64,000 nt of DNA from Oceanispirochaeta sp. (GTDB lineage: Bacteria; Spirochaetota; Spirochaetia; DSM-2461), in contig CAXXXD010000004.1 in NCBI GenBank assembly GCA_963663385.2, positions 32,001-96,000 on the forward strand. The letters are read 5' to 3'. Positions within the stretch are counted from its first letter, which is position 1, and the number at the start of each line of letters is the position of its first letter. The position numbers and the translations under genes are program-made. This document shows positions 9,590 to 18,765 of this stretch, one piece after another. The notes below the pieces were generated by a model. It saw nothing but the letters and a program-made list of their open reading frames with translations. It made no database searches and was not told the origin of the DNA.

Positions 9590-10351
9590 TCAGTTATAAA
9601 ACCCTTCTGTCTTCAACCATTTCAGATAATGCTGAATCTTCAGATCCCAGTATTCCCATGTATGTTCGTATCCCGCATCCTCTTCATAGGTGAATGAAGC
9701 TGACAGATGACCCAGGTAATTATTAAATGATATATTGGAATCATATAAAAAATCTTTCGTTCCGCAGCATTGATACAAAGCGGGCAGTTTCCGGCCTTTT
9801 TCCATATTCTGCTTTAAAAGCCATTTCAGATCATTTTCCGTATCTGTGATAACAGGATTTTCGCCGAAAATGGCTTTCCAGTCCCTGTCATCTACCGCCT
9901 GTTCTAGACCGGAAGGCAGATCAAGGGCCCCTGAAAAGCTCCCTGCCGAACAATATCTCTCCGGATACGAAAAAGCCAGCTTAAAGGCTCCATACCCTCC
10001 CATGGATAGCCCCGCAATGGAATTCTCTTCCCGTTTAGTGGATAAGGGAAAATAGCTTTGTGCAATATCCGGAAGTTCTTCACTGATAAAAGTCCAGTAG
10101 GGCATGCCGTAAACCATATCAGTATAAAAACTCTTATTTCCATCGGGCATAACTACGGCAATTCCCGTATCTGATACATACCGCTCGATGGCAGTATTCC
10201 GGTGCCAGGAGGTATTGTCTCCATTGTACCCGTGGAGGAGCCAAAGGGTTTTATACTTTTCCCGCCTGTTTGCTGTGGGGGGGAGGATAACTGTCATAGA
10301 GGTTTCTATCTGTAATGACTCAGAAAAAAAATCGCAGTTGATTAATGCCAC
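9590..10351 (-). CDS. Alpha/beta-hydrolase esterase (tributyrin esterase / carbohydrate esterase-like)
   Basis: LWLLHG, nucleophile GLSMGG, CGTKDFL and HTWEYWD. Confidence 0.9.
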   Translation of the reverse strand: MALINCDFFSESLQIETSMTVILPPTANRREKYKTLWLLHGYNGDNTSWHRNTAIERYVSDTGIAVVMPDGNKSFYTDMVYGMPYWTFISEELPDIAQSYFPLSTKREENSIAGLSMGGYGAFKLAFSYPERYCSAGSFSGALDLPSGLEQAVDDRDWKAIFGENPVITDTENDLKWLLKQNMEKGRKLPALYQCCGTKDFLYDSNISFNNYLGHLSASFTYEEDAGYEHTWEYWDLKIQHYLKWLKTEGFYN

Positions 10352-10436
10352 AATCTCTCCTTAATTTTTTTCAAATACAATTCTTACCGGATTCTCCATC
10401 CCCTGATGGTACTGTACAACAGGGGACAGAATCGAC

Positions 10437-11270
10437 TTAACCTTTTACAGCCCCCGCCGTCAGGCCTTTAATGAACTGTTTGGACATCAGCAGATAGAGG
10501 ACCATTACAGGAACAGCTGATAGAGTCAGGACCGCCAGGATTTTGGACCAGTCGGTCTGATACTGGCCGAATAACCGGGTTACTCCCAGTATCAGGGTTT
10601 TCTGGGACTCTTCATTAATGAATATAAGAGGAAACCATAGATCGTTCCAGATCGGGACAAGGTTGAATATGGCAACACTGCCCAGAGCCGGCCGCATAAC
10701 CGGCAGTATGATGGAACGGTAGATGCGCATGTGCCCCGCCCCGTCCATCAGGGCCGCTTCTGATAATTCATCTGGTATCTCCCGGATAAACTCGGTCAGA
10801 ACAAAGGTGGCTATGGGCATCCCCATAGCGATGTATACGGGGAAAAGGCTGGCTGTGGAGTTAAGCAGTCCCAGATTCTTGATGATCTGCAGCAGATTGA
10901 TACTGCCGATACGGATGGGAACCATCATTCCTGCAATAAAAAACAGATAGATCCCCCGTGATATTTTTGAGTGCCAGTTGGCTATTGCATAGGCAGCCAG
11001 AGATCCGATAAACAATATTATAAAGATGGACCCTATTGTTACAATCGTACTGTTCTTGAAGTAGATAAAGAAATCACTGTCATTAAGAACAGAAATATAA
11101 CTCTTGAAGTTCCATTGAGGGGGAAGCCCGAAGGGATCCTTGTAAATATCCAGTTTTTTCTTGAATGAGTTGATGATCATGGTCCAGATCGGGAATATAA
11201 CCATTCCGGTCCATATCAAGAGTATTGTATGGTGAATCATATGCCTTTTCGGCTGTTTTTTTACTATCAT
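10437..11270 (-). CDS. Carbohydrate ABC permease (MalG-like)
   Basis: EAA loop IPDELSEAALMDGA, WND, FIKGLTAGAVKG. Confidence 0.93.
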   Translation of the reverse strand: MIVKKQPKRHMIHHTILLIWTGMVIFPIWTMIINSFKKKLDIYKDPFGLPPQWNFKSYISVLNDSDFFIYFKNSTIVTIGSIFIILFIGSLAAYAIANWHSKISRGIYLFFIAGMMVPIRIGSINLLQIIKNLGLLNSTASLFPVYIAMGMPIATFVLTEFIREIPDELSEAALMDGAGHMRIYRSIILPVMRPALGSVAIFNLVPIWNDLWFPLIFINEESQKTLILGVTRLFGQYQTDWSKILAVLTLSAVPVMVLYLLMSKQFIKGLTAGAVKG

Positions 11271-11282
11271 GTCAGTCTCCTG

Positions 11283-12221
11283 TCAGTCCACCCGGTTTCG
11301 AGTCAGTTTTAAAATGAATCCCACACCGAGGGCCAGAATGAGGAAGGTCAGAGTTGCTACGGCGGCTCCCAGGCCTCTATCGGGAATCCCTACAGGATGC
11401 TGTCCGGCAATCCCGACCCGGTAGAAGAATGTTCCCATAATATCTGTGGAAAATTGAGGAGAACCATTTACATTGGCCATTGAAAAGACCACATCGAAGG
11501 CATTGAAGTTGTTGACAAAGGTCAGTATTGAGACAATTCCGATAATAGGCATAAGAAGGGGCACCTTTATATTCCAGAATACCTGCCAGCCCGAGGCGCC
11601 GGCAATCTGTGCCGCTTCATAGTAATCTTCCGGAATATTCTGAAGACCGGCCATGAACATCATTGTGGGCATGCCCACCCATTGCCAGCTGGAAACCAGT
11701 GAGATTATCGGCAGAGCCATAGCAGGATCGCCCAACCAGGCTATATTATGATTGGCAAAGCCTATATTTTTCAGAATCAGGTTGATTGCTCCCCATTGGG
11801 GATTCAGTATCAGTTTCCACAGGTATCCTGTTACCAGGATCGAAAGGGTTGCCGGAACGAAAATAATGGTCCGGTAGAAGGAGGCTGCTTTGAGCCGGGG
11901 AGATGTCAACAGGTTGGCAAATAGAATCCCCAGGATGTTCTGCACCAGCATATGGATGGCAAAGAATATCCAGGTGTGTCCAAAGGCTCCCCAGTAACGG
12001 GCGGCCATTTCTTTATTTGCAAAGAGCCTTATATAGTTGTCAAAACCGACAAAGCGATCAAGGTCATAAGCTGAACCGGTAAAGAAACTCAGTCTCATGG
12101 AATTAAACAGGGGAAAGGCCATGAAGACAATGTAAATGAGCAGTGCCGGCAGTATATAAAGGAACCAGATAATTGATCGTTTCATTTCCTTGCGGTTATT
12201 TAAATCTGTTCTGTTTTTCAT
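11283..12221 (-). CDS. Carbohydrate ABC permease (MalF-like)
   Basis: FVGFDNY, AGLQNIPEDYYEAAQIAGAS. Confidence 0.93.
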   Translation of the reverse strand: MKNRTDLNNRKEMKRSIIWFLYILPALLIYIVFMAFPLFNSMRLSFFTGSAYDLDRFVGFDNYIRLFANKEMAARYWGAFGHTWIFFAIHMLVQNILGILFANLLTSPRLKAASFYRTIIFVPATLSILVTGYLWKLILNPQWGAINLILKNIGFANHNIAWLGDPAMALPIISLVSSWQWVGMPTMMFMAGLQNIPEDYYEAAQIAGASGWQVFWNIKVPLLMPIIGIVSILTFVNNFNAFDVVFSMANVNGSPQFSTDIMGTFFYRVGIAGQHPVGIPDRGLGAAVATLTFLILALGVGFILKLTRNRVD

Positions 12222-12240
12222 TTTTTCTCTCTAGGGGATT

Positions 12241-12349
12241 CCGGGCGGCAGCCCGGTGTATAAAGTCCTGAAACGAAGGATTCTCCGTTTCAGGGCAGAT
12301 AACCAGCCGGGAATCATAACTCCGACCGGTCATTAAGAGGAGGCTCTTA
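12241..12349. other. Cluster of intergenic stem-loops between the SBP and permease genes
   Basis: CCGGGC-n4-GCCCGG (12241-12256), CCTGAAACG-n10-CGTTTCAGG (12267-12294), an imperfect stem at 12302-12330, and TAAGAG-n4-CTCTTA (12334-12349). Confidence 0.6.
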
Positions 12350-13633
12350 TTAATCCTGTGCAGGTGCGTACCACTGAGCAAGACCATTCTTGAGATCGTC
12401 AGCCGCCTGTCGGGGTGTTATGTTTCCGGAGATGACATTGATGGAGCCGTTCATAACCAGATCATATCCACTGGGAGACCCGGCCAGCAGTTTGGGCCAT
12501 ACCCAACGGACATCTGTTTCCCGGTCATTTTTGAGGGCCAGAAAGGAGTTCGCATGGGCATTCTCAATTGTAACGGAGTTCTCGGACATGGGAAACATTC
12601 CGCTAGGCAGGACATTTGCCAGAATCTGAGCCCCTTCCTTGCTTCCAAGCCAGGTTAGAAAAGTTTTAACCTGTTCCGGATATTTTGTTGCGGGATTCAT
12701 TCCAACACCGGCATCGGGATGAAAACAGATGTAGTTTTCTGTATTGGCGGCAGGAGCCGGGGGAGCCATGACATCCCATTCAAAATCTACATCATTAAAG
12801 GTTCCCAGAGACCAGGATCCATCAAAGTACATGGCCGCCTGACCGGTGGCAAACAGAGCATTGCTGTCGTTATAGGTAAGCGCTTCAAATCCCTGAGGCA
12901 TATAGGGTGCCAGTGACTGCATAGCGGTAAAAAGTTCTACAACATGTTCATCGTTGTACTGTCTCTCTCCCGTATCATAGGCTAAGCGGCCCTCCCGTCC
13001 ACCAAGAAAATTGGGAGCGATACTCATAAGTACCACTTCGGCAATATCCCATTCATCTCCCAGAGCATTGGCTACGGGAATAATTCCGGCCTTTTTAATG
13101 ACTTCACAAACGTTCAGAAAATTTTCCCAGGTTTCGGGAACAGAGATTCCCAAGTCATAGAATATGTCTTTGTTGTAATAAATACCGTGTGAGACAGCAA
13201 TGAAAGGTACTGCGAATGACTGACCGTTTTCATTGGTCCAGGGAGCTCTACTTCCATCCGAATAGTTGGTTTTTAATCCCTCCAGGTCGCTTAGGTCAGC
13301 AAAATAGCCATCTTTGAAAAGCTGCTGCCCTGTTGTATAGGATCGGGCGTACATAAGATCGGGGCCTGTCCCGCTTTCCAGCTGAAGACGGAGAGTCGCA
13401 TTGTAATCCGGGGGATTCGTAGGCTGGAATTTAATAGTAATTTCCGGATGGGATTTATTGAACATTTTCAGCAGGGTGTTTATCTGCTCCACGTCATCGG
13501 TTCTCCAGGAACCCATAATCAGTTCAACTTTTTCAACTTCAGTTTCGGCCGTTTCCTGAGTTCCTTCTGCGAACAGGGGAATGAAAGCTGTCAGAACAAG
13601 AAGAATCAAAGATAAGAAAGTACTTTGTTTCAT
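12350..13633 (-). CDS. Carbohydrate ABC substrate-binding protein (SBP_bac_1)
   Basis: Start at ATG 13633 after AAGGAG; signal peptide; GIYYNKDIF and FATGQAAMYFDGSW. Confidence 0.9.
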   Translation of the reverse strand: MKQSTFLSLILLVLTAFIPLFAEGTQETAETEVEKVELIMGSWRTDDVEQINTLLKMFNKSHPEITIKFQPTNPPDYNATLRLQLESGTGPDLMYARSYTTGQQLFKDGYFADLSDLEGLKTNYSDGSRAPWTNENGQSFAVPFIAVSHGIYYNKDIFYDLGISVPETWENFLNVCEVIKKAGIIPVANALGDEWDIAEVVLMSIAPNFLGGREGRLAYDTGERQYNDEHVVELFTAMQSLAPYMPQGFEALTYNDSNALFATGQAAMYFDGSWSLGTFNDVDFEWDVMAPPAPAANTENYICFHPDAGVGMNPATKYPEQVKTFLTWLGSKEGAQILANVLPSGMFPMSENSVTIENAHANSFLALKNDRETDVRWVWPKLLAGSPSGYDLVMNGSINVISGNITPRQAADDLKNGLAQWYAPAQD

Positions 13634-13744
13634 AAAATAACTCCTTTTGTAGAATACTGTTGAAATGATATTTCCCAATTTCGGATCCGGCTAGTTACAA
13701 ATGTAATCGGTTCTGTACTTTCTATGTCCTTATTCTTTAAAATA

Positions 13745-14437
13745 TTAATGAAAAAAGTATGAAGCAAGGGTCCGGGCCTTCCGTATGGCTGAAAGCCGGT
13801 CTACCACATCCATTTTGGAGTAGATACTACTCATGTAGTTTCGGGTTGTCTGGTCTCCCAGATGAACTTCCCGGGCAATCTCCTTATTGGTCATTCCCTG
13901 GATCAGATATTTCAGTATGGCCTTTTCCCGGGGACTGAGGGATATATACCAATCCGGTATCTCTTCTTTTTCAGAAGACTGCGGAGCTGAGGGATTCGCT
14001 GCGGCTGCTGTTTCTGACTGAGAAGAATCGTCCACCAGAGATAAAGCAATATCCGGCGATATGAGTACCGCACCGGAGTGAACCGCCCGGAGCGCATTGA
14101 TCAGCATCAGAGGATCTATATTCTTCAGCATATATCCGGCAGCACCACAGTGGAGGGCCGCTTTGACAAATTCATCATCTTCAAAAGTTGTCAGCATTAT
14201 GATATGAATTTCCGGCTGCTCTTTCCGGATGATCCGGGCGGCGGCCACACCGTCCATCTCGGGCATTCGTACATCCATCAGGATCAGATCGGGTTTCAAT
14301 TCAGCCGCTTTTTCTACGGCCTCTCTGCCATCATGGGCTGTTCCTATAACCTGAATATCATCTGCCTGGTTTTCCAGTACTATTTTCAGGCTTTCGAGAA
14401 AAAGGATCTGGTCATCGACCAGCATCGTTCTTATCAT
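13745..14437 (-). CDS. NarL/LuxR-family response regulator
   Basis: REC domain (LVDD, LMDVRMP, LLKN-like) plus LSPREK..GMTNKEIA HTH. Confidence 0.93.
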   Translation of the reverse strand: MIRTMLVDDQILFLESLKIVLENQADDIQVIGTAHDGREAVEKAAELKPDLILMDVRMPEMDGVAAARIIRKEQPEIHIIMLTTFEDDEFVKAALHCGAAGYMLKNIDPLMLINALRAVHSGAVLISPDIALSLVDDSSQSETAAAANPSAPQSSEKEEIPDWYISLSPREKAILKYLIQGMTNKEIAREVHLGDQTTRNYMSSIYSKMDVVDRLSAIRKARTLASYFFH

Positions 14438-15690
14438 TCATCACTCTCCTTTTTTACGGAAGGGATAATCTTTTTCTGTACAGGAAGCCAGGCAGTCAGG
14501 GTGAACCCTCCCGGATGCCCTTCTGCCCGAATATCCCCTCCCAGGCCGGCAAAGCGTTCTTTCATTCCCCTGATTCCCAACCCTTCTTTAATAGTGCCCC
14601 CTCCGATACCGTTGTCCCAGACGGAAACCTGAATACTGTCAGACTCTTTCCAGAATATGATTTTAATCTCCGTTGCCTTGCCATGGCGGAAGGCATTGGT
14701 CATTCCCTCCTGAATAAACCGATACAGAACATCATCCAGACGGTCGCCCAATGTATTGGGGATATTTGCCAGTTCCAGAATAACTCTTACACCTGTGATT
14801 TTTTCAAATGTTCTTACCAGCTTGACGATCAGATTCATTCCCCTGTCCTTTGAATCTTCCGACCCATGCAACTGTCGCAGGGCGGTCCGTGCCTCCTCCA
14901 TCCCTTCATTCAGTTGTTTCTGTGCCTGATGGAGGAGTGTGTCCAGCTGAGGATTGTGCCAATCCTTGAGACTCATGACAGCCTGAATAATCATGAGTTG
15001 ATTGGTCAGGGTGTAACCGATGATGTCATGCAGCTCCCTGGCAATCCTTTTCCTCTCCTGTTCTACTGATTCACGCTCCACAGTAATCGCATAACTCTGA
15101 AAATCCAGATTTACACGATTCAATTCCCTGAGAGCTCCGTCAAGGCGTTTCACTTGGTGGATCCTTTCCCAGTGTTCCTGTAAAAGTTTTTTTATGGTAC
15201 TGCTCAAAAGGATTATTACCAGACCGAAAAAGATCAGGTAGATCCTCCCGCTTGTATCCATTCTGATTGTCGAATCATCCCAGATCAGGACCTGACCATG
15301 AGCCAGTGTGACCAGGAATAAACAGAATAGGGAACCTGGAATCCCCATCGGCAGAGGACAATATGCAATTATATCCAGGAAAAGAGCTGTAATAAGGATG
15401 GATACAACTCCAAGATTATCGTTTAAGGGATAGCTGATGATCAGGAGGGCAATAAACTTCAATCCCAGAAATAGAGCCCGATAGGGGGAGCCCTTCTGAT
15501 ACAGGAGAGTCAGGGATAGAACGCTTGTAAAAATCAACAGAGCGTAAAACTGTCGGTGCCAGTGCTCTGGTACCGACAGAGTCTCTATCTGGATCCGATA
15601 AAGAAAAAAGGCGGCGGTATGGCATAGGAGGTCAATGAACAGTATGTAGATACTCAAACGTTTTTGATTCTCGAAAACTTGGCTGACCAC
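14434..15690 (-). CDS. Membrane sensor histidine kinase (HisKA_3)
   Basis: Multiple N-terminal TM segments; ERKRIARELHD, QEGMTNAFRHG, DNGIG and GLGI. Confidence 0.92.
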   Translation of the reverse strand: MVSQVFENQKRLSIYILFIDLLCHTAAFFLYRIQIETLSVPEHWHRQFYALLIFTSVLSLTLLYQKGSPYRALFLGLKFIALLIISYPLNDNLGVVSILITALFLDIIAYCPLPMGIPGSLFCLFLVTLAHGQVLIWDDSTIRMDTSGRIYLIFFGLVIILLSSTIKKLLQEHWERIHQVKRLDGALRELNRVNLDFQSYAITVERESVEQERKRIARELHDIIGYTLTNQLMIIQAVMSLKDWHNPQLDTLLHQAQKQLNEGMEEARTALRQLHGSEDSKDRGMNLIVKLVRTFEKITGVRVILELANIPNTLGDRLDDVLYRFIQEGMTNAFRHGKATEIKIIFWKESDSIQVSVWDNGIGGGTIKEGLGIRGMKERFAGLGGDIRAEGHPGGFTLTAWLPVQKKIIPSVKKESDE

Positions 15691-15942
15691 GCAGGGGGCT
15701 CCTTATCAGGCTACATCTTCATAAGAAAATGGAGGCCTGTCAATCATTTTTGTCTGAAGAGGATTTTCCCTCGAAACCGTAAAAATATAAAATTCCAATC
15801 CAATCACTCTCAGAGGATATGCTATCTCTTACACCTACCCATGAAAAGAATACAAAAAAAGGTGTTTTGTTTATTGGTTTACAGGCCCCCTTCAATTATC
15901 CTGTTTACAACTGATAGCGGAAACTTCCGGCTCTAGGAGGAT

Positions 15943-17028
15943 ATGATGGAAAGCGTATCTAATGTCTATTACCAGAGGATTGATGCTCACACATCAACCG
16001 AAGAGATTCAGATTATCACCAGGAACCTGTTGAATACACTGATCGAAAAGGAGAAGGTCGAACTCGAGCAAACCATCCCGTTGAAGGTCCATTTCGGAGA
16101 GAGCGGGAATGTCACTTTTCTGAAATCGGAAAACTACCGGGGAGTGATCGATTTTCTTAAAGAAAAGGAGATAGACAGTTCCTATATCGAGACGAGTGTT
16201 CTTTATGGCGGAACGCGTTTTAAAAAGGAGCTTCATGAACAGACGGCAAAGAAACACGGCTTTACGGAGCTTCCCATCATTTTTGCCGACGGGGATCACG
16301 GAGAGAACTTTGCCGAGGTGGAGATCAATAAGAAACATTTTAAAACGTTCAAGGTGGGGAAGGCTTTCCTCGATTACAAACAGCTGATTGTTCTGGCTCA
16401 TTTCAAGGGGCACCGGATGGCGGGATTCGGCGGAGCGATGAAACAGCTCTCAATGGGATGTGCCGCCAAGGGCGGTAAAATGGCTATGCATATGGGAGAG
16501 AAACCCCATATTATCAGCCGGAAGTGCAAACAGTGCAATCTCTGTAAGTCCCGGTGTAACGAAGACGCCCTCCATATCGGAGAAATAAAAGAGGGGAGAG
16601 GATCAACGAAGCGGTCATGGATAGATAAAGACAAATGCGTCGGCTGCGGAGCCTGTGTGGCGATCTGTCCTCACGGGGCCGTCTCTATTATCTCTCTGAA
16701 AAGCGTGATGAAGTTTTTGGGTATCGGGAATCCCTTTCTCGAAAAAGTGGTCGAGGGAGCCTTCGCCGCACAGAAGGGCAAAAAGAATATTTATATTAAC
16801 TTTGCGATGAATATTACGCCGGGATGTGACTGTGAGGGGAAAAAGATGAAAATTCTGATGGATGATTTCGGCATCTTTATTTCGACAGATCCCGTGGCTA
16901 TTGACCGGGCCTGTTACGATATGACCAAAGAGCGGGGCCGGACATTCAAGGGATTTAAACAGTTTGCCTACGCGGAAAAGATCGGACTGGGATCAACTGA
17001 ATACAGGCTGATTGAGATAGGGGCTTAA
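15943..17028 (+). CDS. DUF362 domain protein with 4Fe-4S ferredoxin insert
   Basis: LKVHFGE, HFKGH..AGFGGAMKQLSMGCA, CKQCNLC, CVGCGACVAICP, CDC and STDPVAID. Confidence 0.88.
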   Translation: MMESVSNVYYQRIDAHTSTEEIQIITRNLLNTLIEKEKVELEQTIPLKVHFGESGNVTFLKSENYRGVIDFLKEKEIDSSYIETSVLYGGTRFKKELHEQTAKKHGFTELPIIFADGDHGENFAEVEINKKHFKTFKVGKAFLDYKQLIVLAHFKGHRMAGFGGAMKQLSMGCAAKGGKMAMHMGEKPHIISRKCKQCNLCKSRCNEDALHIGEIKEGRGSTKRSWIDKDKCVGCGACVAICPHGAVSIISLKSVMKFLGIGNPFLEKVVEGAFAAQKGKKNIYINFAMNITPGCDCEGKKMKILMDDFGIFISTDPVAIDRACYDMTKERGRTFKGFKQFAYAEKIGLGSTEYRLIEIGA

Positions 17029-17034
17029 TCCGGT

Positions 17035-17952
17035 ATGAGTGATATTCTCCGAATAGGTACGATTTCTCAGGTTCATGAGGCATTACAGCTGCCCAAACCG
17101 AATCATCCCCAGGTGTCGGTTTTTCTCCATGACGATATTATCAGGAGAGAGGAATATCGCAATATCCCGATTATTCTGGACCTTTATCAGATCACCTTTA
17201 AGATGTGCTCCGAGGGCGCGATTCAATACGGGAGAAATTCCTACGACTTCCAGGAAGGGACATTGATATTTACCCGCCCGGGTCAGGTGCTATCCTTCCG
17301 GGATGTGAGAGAGGATGACGGGCATGGAGGAGGATGGACTCTATTATTTCATCCCGACCTGATCCGAAAGTCCGATCTCGGCTGTAATATCGAACGTTAT
17401 CGATTCTTTTCCTATGATGTGAATGAAGCACTCCATCTCTCCGATGGCGAAAAAAAGACTCTTCTCGATATAATCGATAAGATCATCGATGAGTACAAAG
17501 CCAATCTCGATCGTCACAGTCAGAAGCTTATCATCTCAAATATAGAGCTCCTTCTCGACTATTGCATACGGTTCTACGATCGTCAGTTTTATACCCGTAC
17601 AAATCTCAATTCCGATCTTGTTTCCAGGTTTGAACGGTGGCTTTCCGAATACATGGAGAGAGAGGATCTCAAAGAATACGGACTCCCTTCGGTCAGCATT
17701 TGTGCTGAGCACTTCAATCTCTCCCCCAATTATCTGAGTGATCTGTTGAAAAAGGAAACAGGGAAAACGACACAGGAGCATATTCACTACTATATTATTG
17801 AGCGGGCCAAAACAATTCTTCTGAATTCTCAATTGTCAGTAGGAGAAATTGCCTACGAATTGGGGTTTGAATACCCGCAGTATTTCAGCAAACTCTTCAA
17901 ATCGAAAACCGGGTTTGCTCCGGGAGCTTTCAGGGATTTCAATGAAGAATAA
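17035..17952 (+). CDS. AraC-family transcriptional regulator
   Basis: YGRNSYDFQEG sensor region; C-terminal LSPNYLSDLLKKETG..EIAYELGFEYPQYFSKLFK HTH. Confidence 0.93.
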   Translation: MSDILRIGTISQVHEALQLPKPNHPQVSVFLHDDIIRREEYRNIPIILDLYQITFKMCSEGAIQYGRNSYDFQEGTLIFTRPGQVLSFRDVREDDGHGGGWTLLFHPDLIRKSDLGCNIERYRFFSYDVNEALHLSDGEKKTLLDIIDKIIDEYKANLDRHSQKLIISNIELLLDYCIRFYDRQFYTRTNLNSDLVSRFERWLSEYMEREDLKEYGLPSVSICAEHFNLSPNYLSDLLKKETGKTTQEHIHYYIIERAKTILLNSQLSVGEIAYELGFEYPQYFSKLFKSKTGFAPGAFRDFNEE

Positions 17953-18417
17953 TCTGGTTGCTTTCCCATCAGGCCGAACTTTGTTTATCATACTTCAAAT
18001 GATATTCATACTGAATTATTGCACACTCGCCATCTGAGGATCTCTATCCCTCATAGACTGTTCGATTCTTACAAGACTCAACATTGATAATGCTCGTAAT
18101 GTTACAGAGGATTTATTAACTGATAACAGTGAGATCGGTTTAGTTTTCTAAGTATATCCTACCTGGGAATACATTACGAATCACCGAGGATATGGAAGTA
18201 ACCCCTAAACTGAAAATAAGGAGACCTATGGCAATCAGGGAATAGCCATGAGCTGCTCCCTTAATACCGCTAAAATAGCTAAAAGGATCTTTAAATCCTT
18301 CCCACATAGCCCAGATCCCAAGGGAAAAAAGAGAAAGAGAGCAATTGCTACTCTACTGGCGATAGCAGACGCCTTCAGCCTTAATAGGTTTTTCGTTTTT
18401 TCCTTACTCTGACTAAT

Positions 18418-18672
18418 AAAGAAATCGGAGATACATACACCTGCACTTATGGCTGCCCCGTCAAAAAGGATGGAGAGGGGATTTGTTCTAAAGTAATGAT
18501 GATAATGTTTCCAATCATGGAGGCAGTAAGAAGCGGCGGAGATTTGGAAAACATCGGTGGGAATTGCAAATATTGCAAGGATGTCGTAAGTCCGGACGGA
18601 TGCGTTATGTTTAGGATGACTGCAAATAAACTTGGTAATGAGAATTTCTTTAAGAAGAGTTTTTCTAATTAG
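18418..18672 (+). pseudogene. 5'-truncated fragment of a small Cys-rich TIGR04076-like protein
   Basis: Manual translation KEIGDTYTCTYGCPVKKDGEGICSKVMMIMFPIMEAVRSGGDLENIGG...SPDGCVMFRMTA...*; in-frame TAG at 18385 and no start covering the N-terminal part. Confidence 0.6.
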
Positions 18673-18765
18673 TCTCTATCGTTTTATATTCCCTTGAAAT
18701 AAACAGACGATTAGTTATGGAGCGGGTTTTTTCTGTATAGAATCATGAAAGGAGTACAGGATTCG

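Noticed and set aside
18138..18400. Short hydrophobic minus-strand reading frame (…GIWAMWEGFKDPFSYFSG…)
   Set aside because: It needs a frameshift, has no clear start, and I recognise no family.
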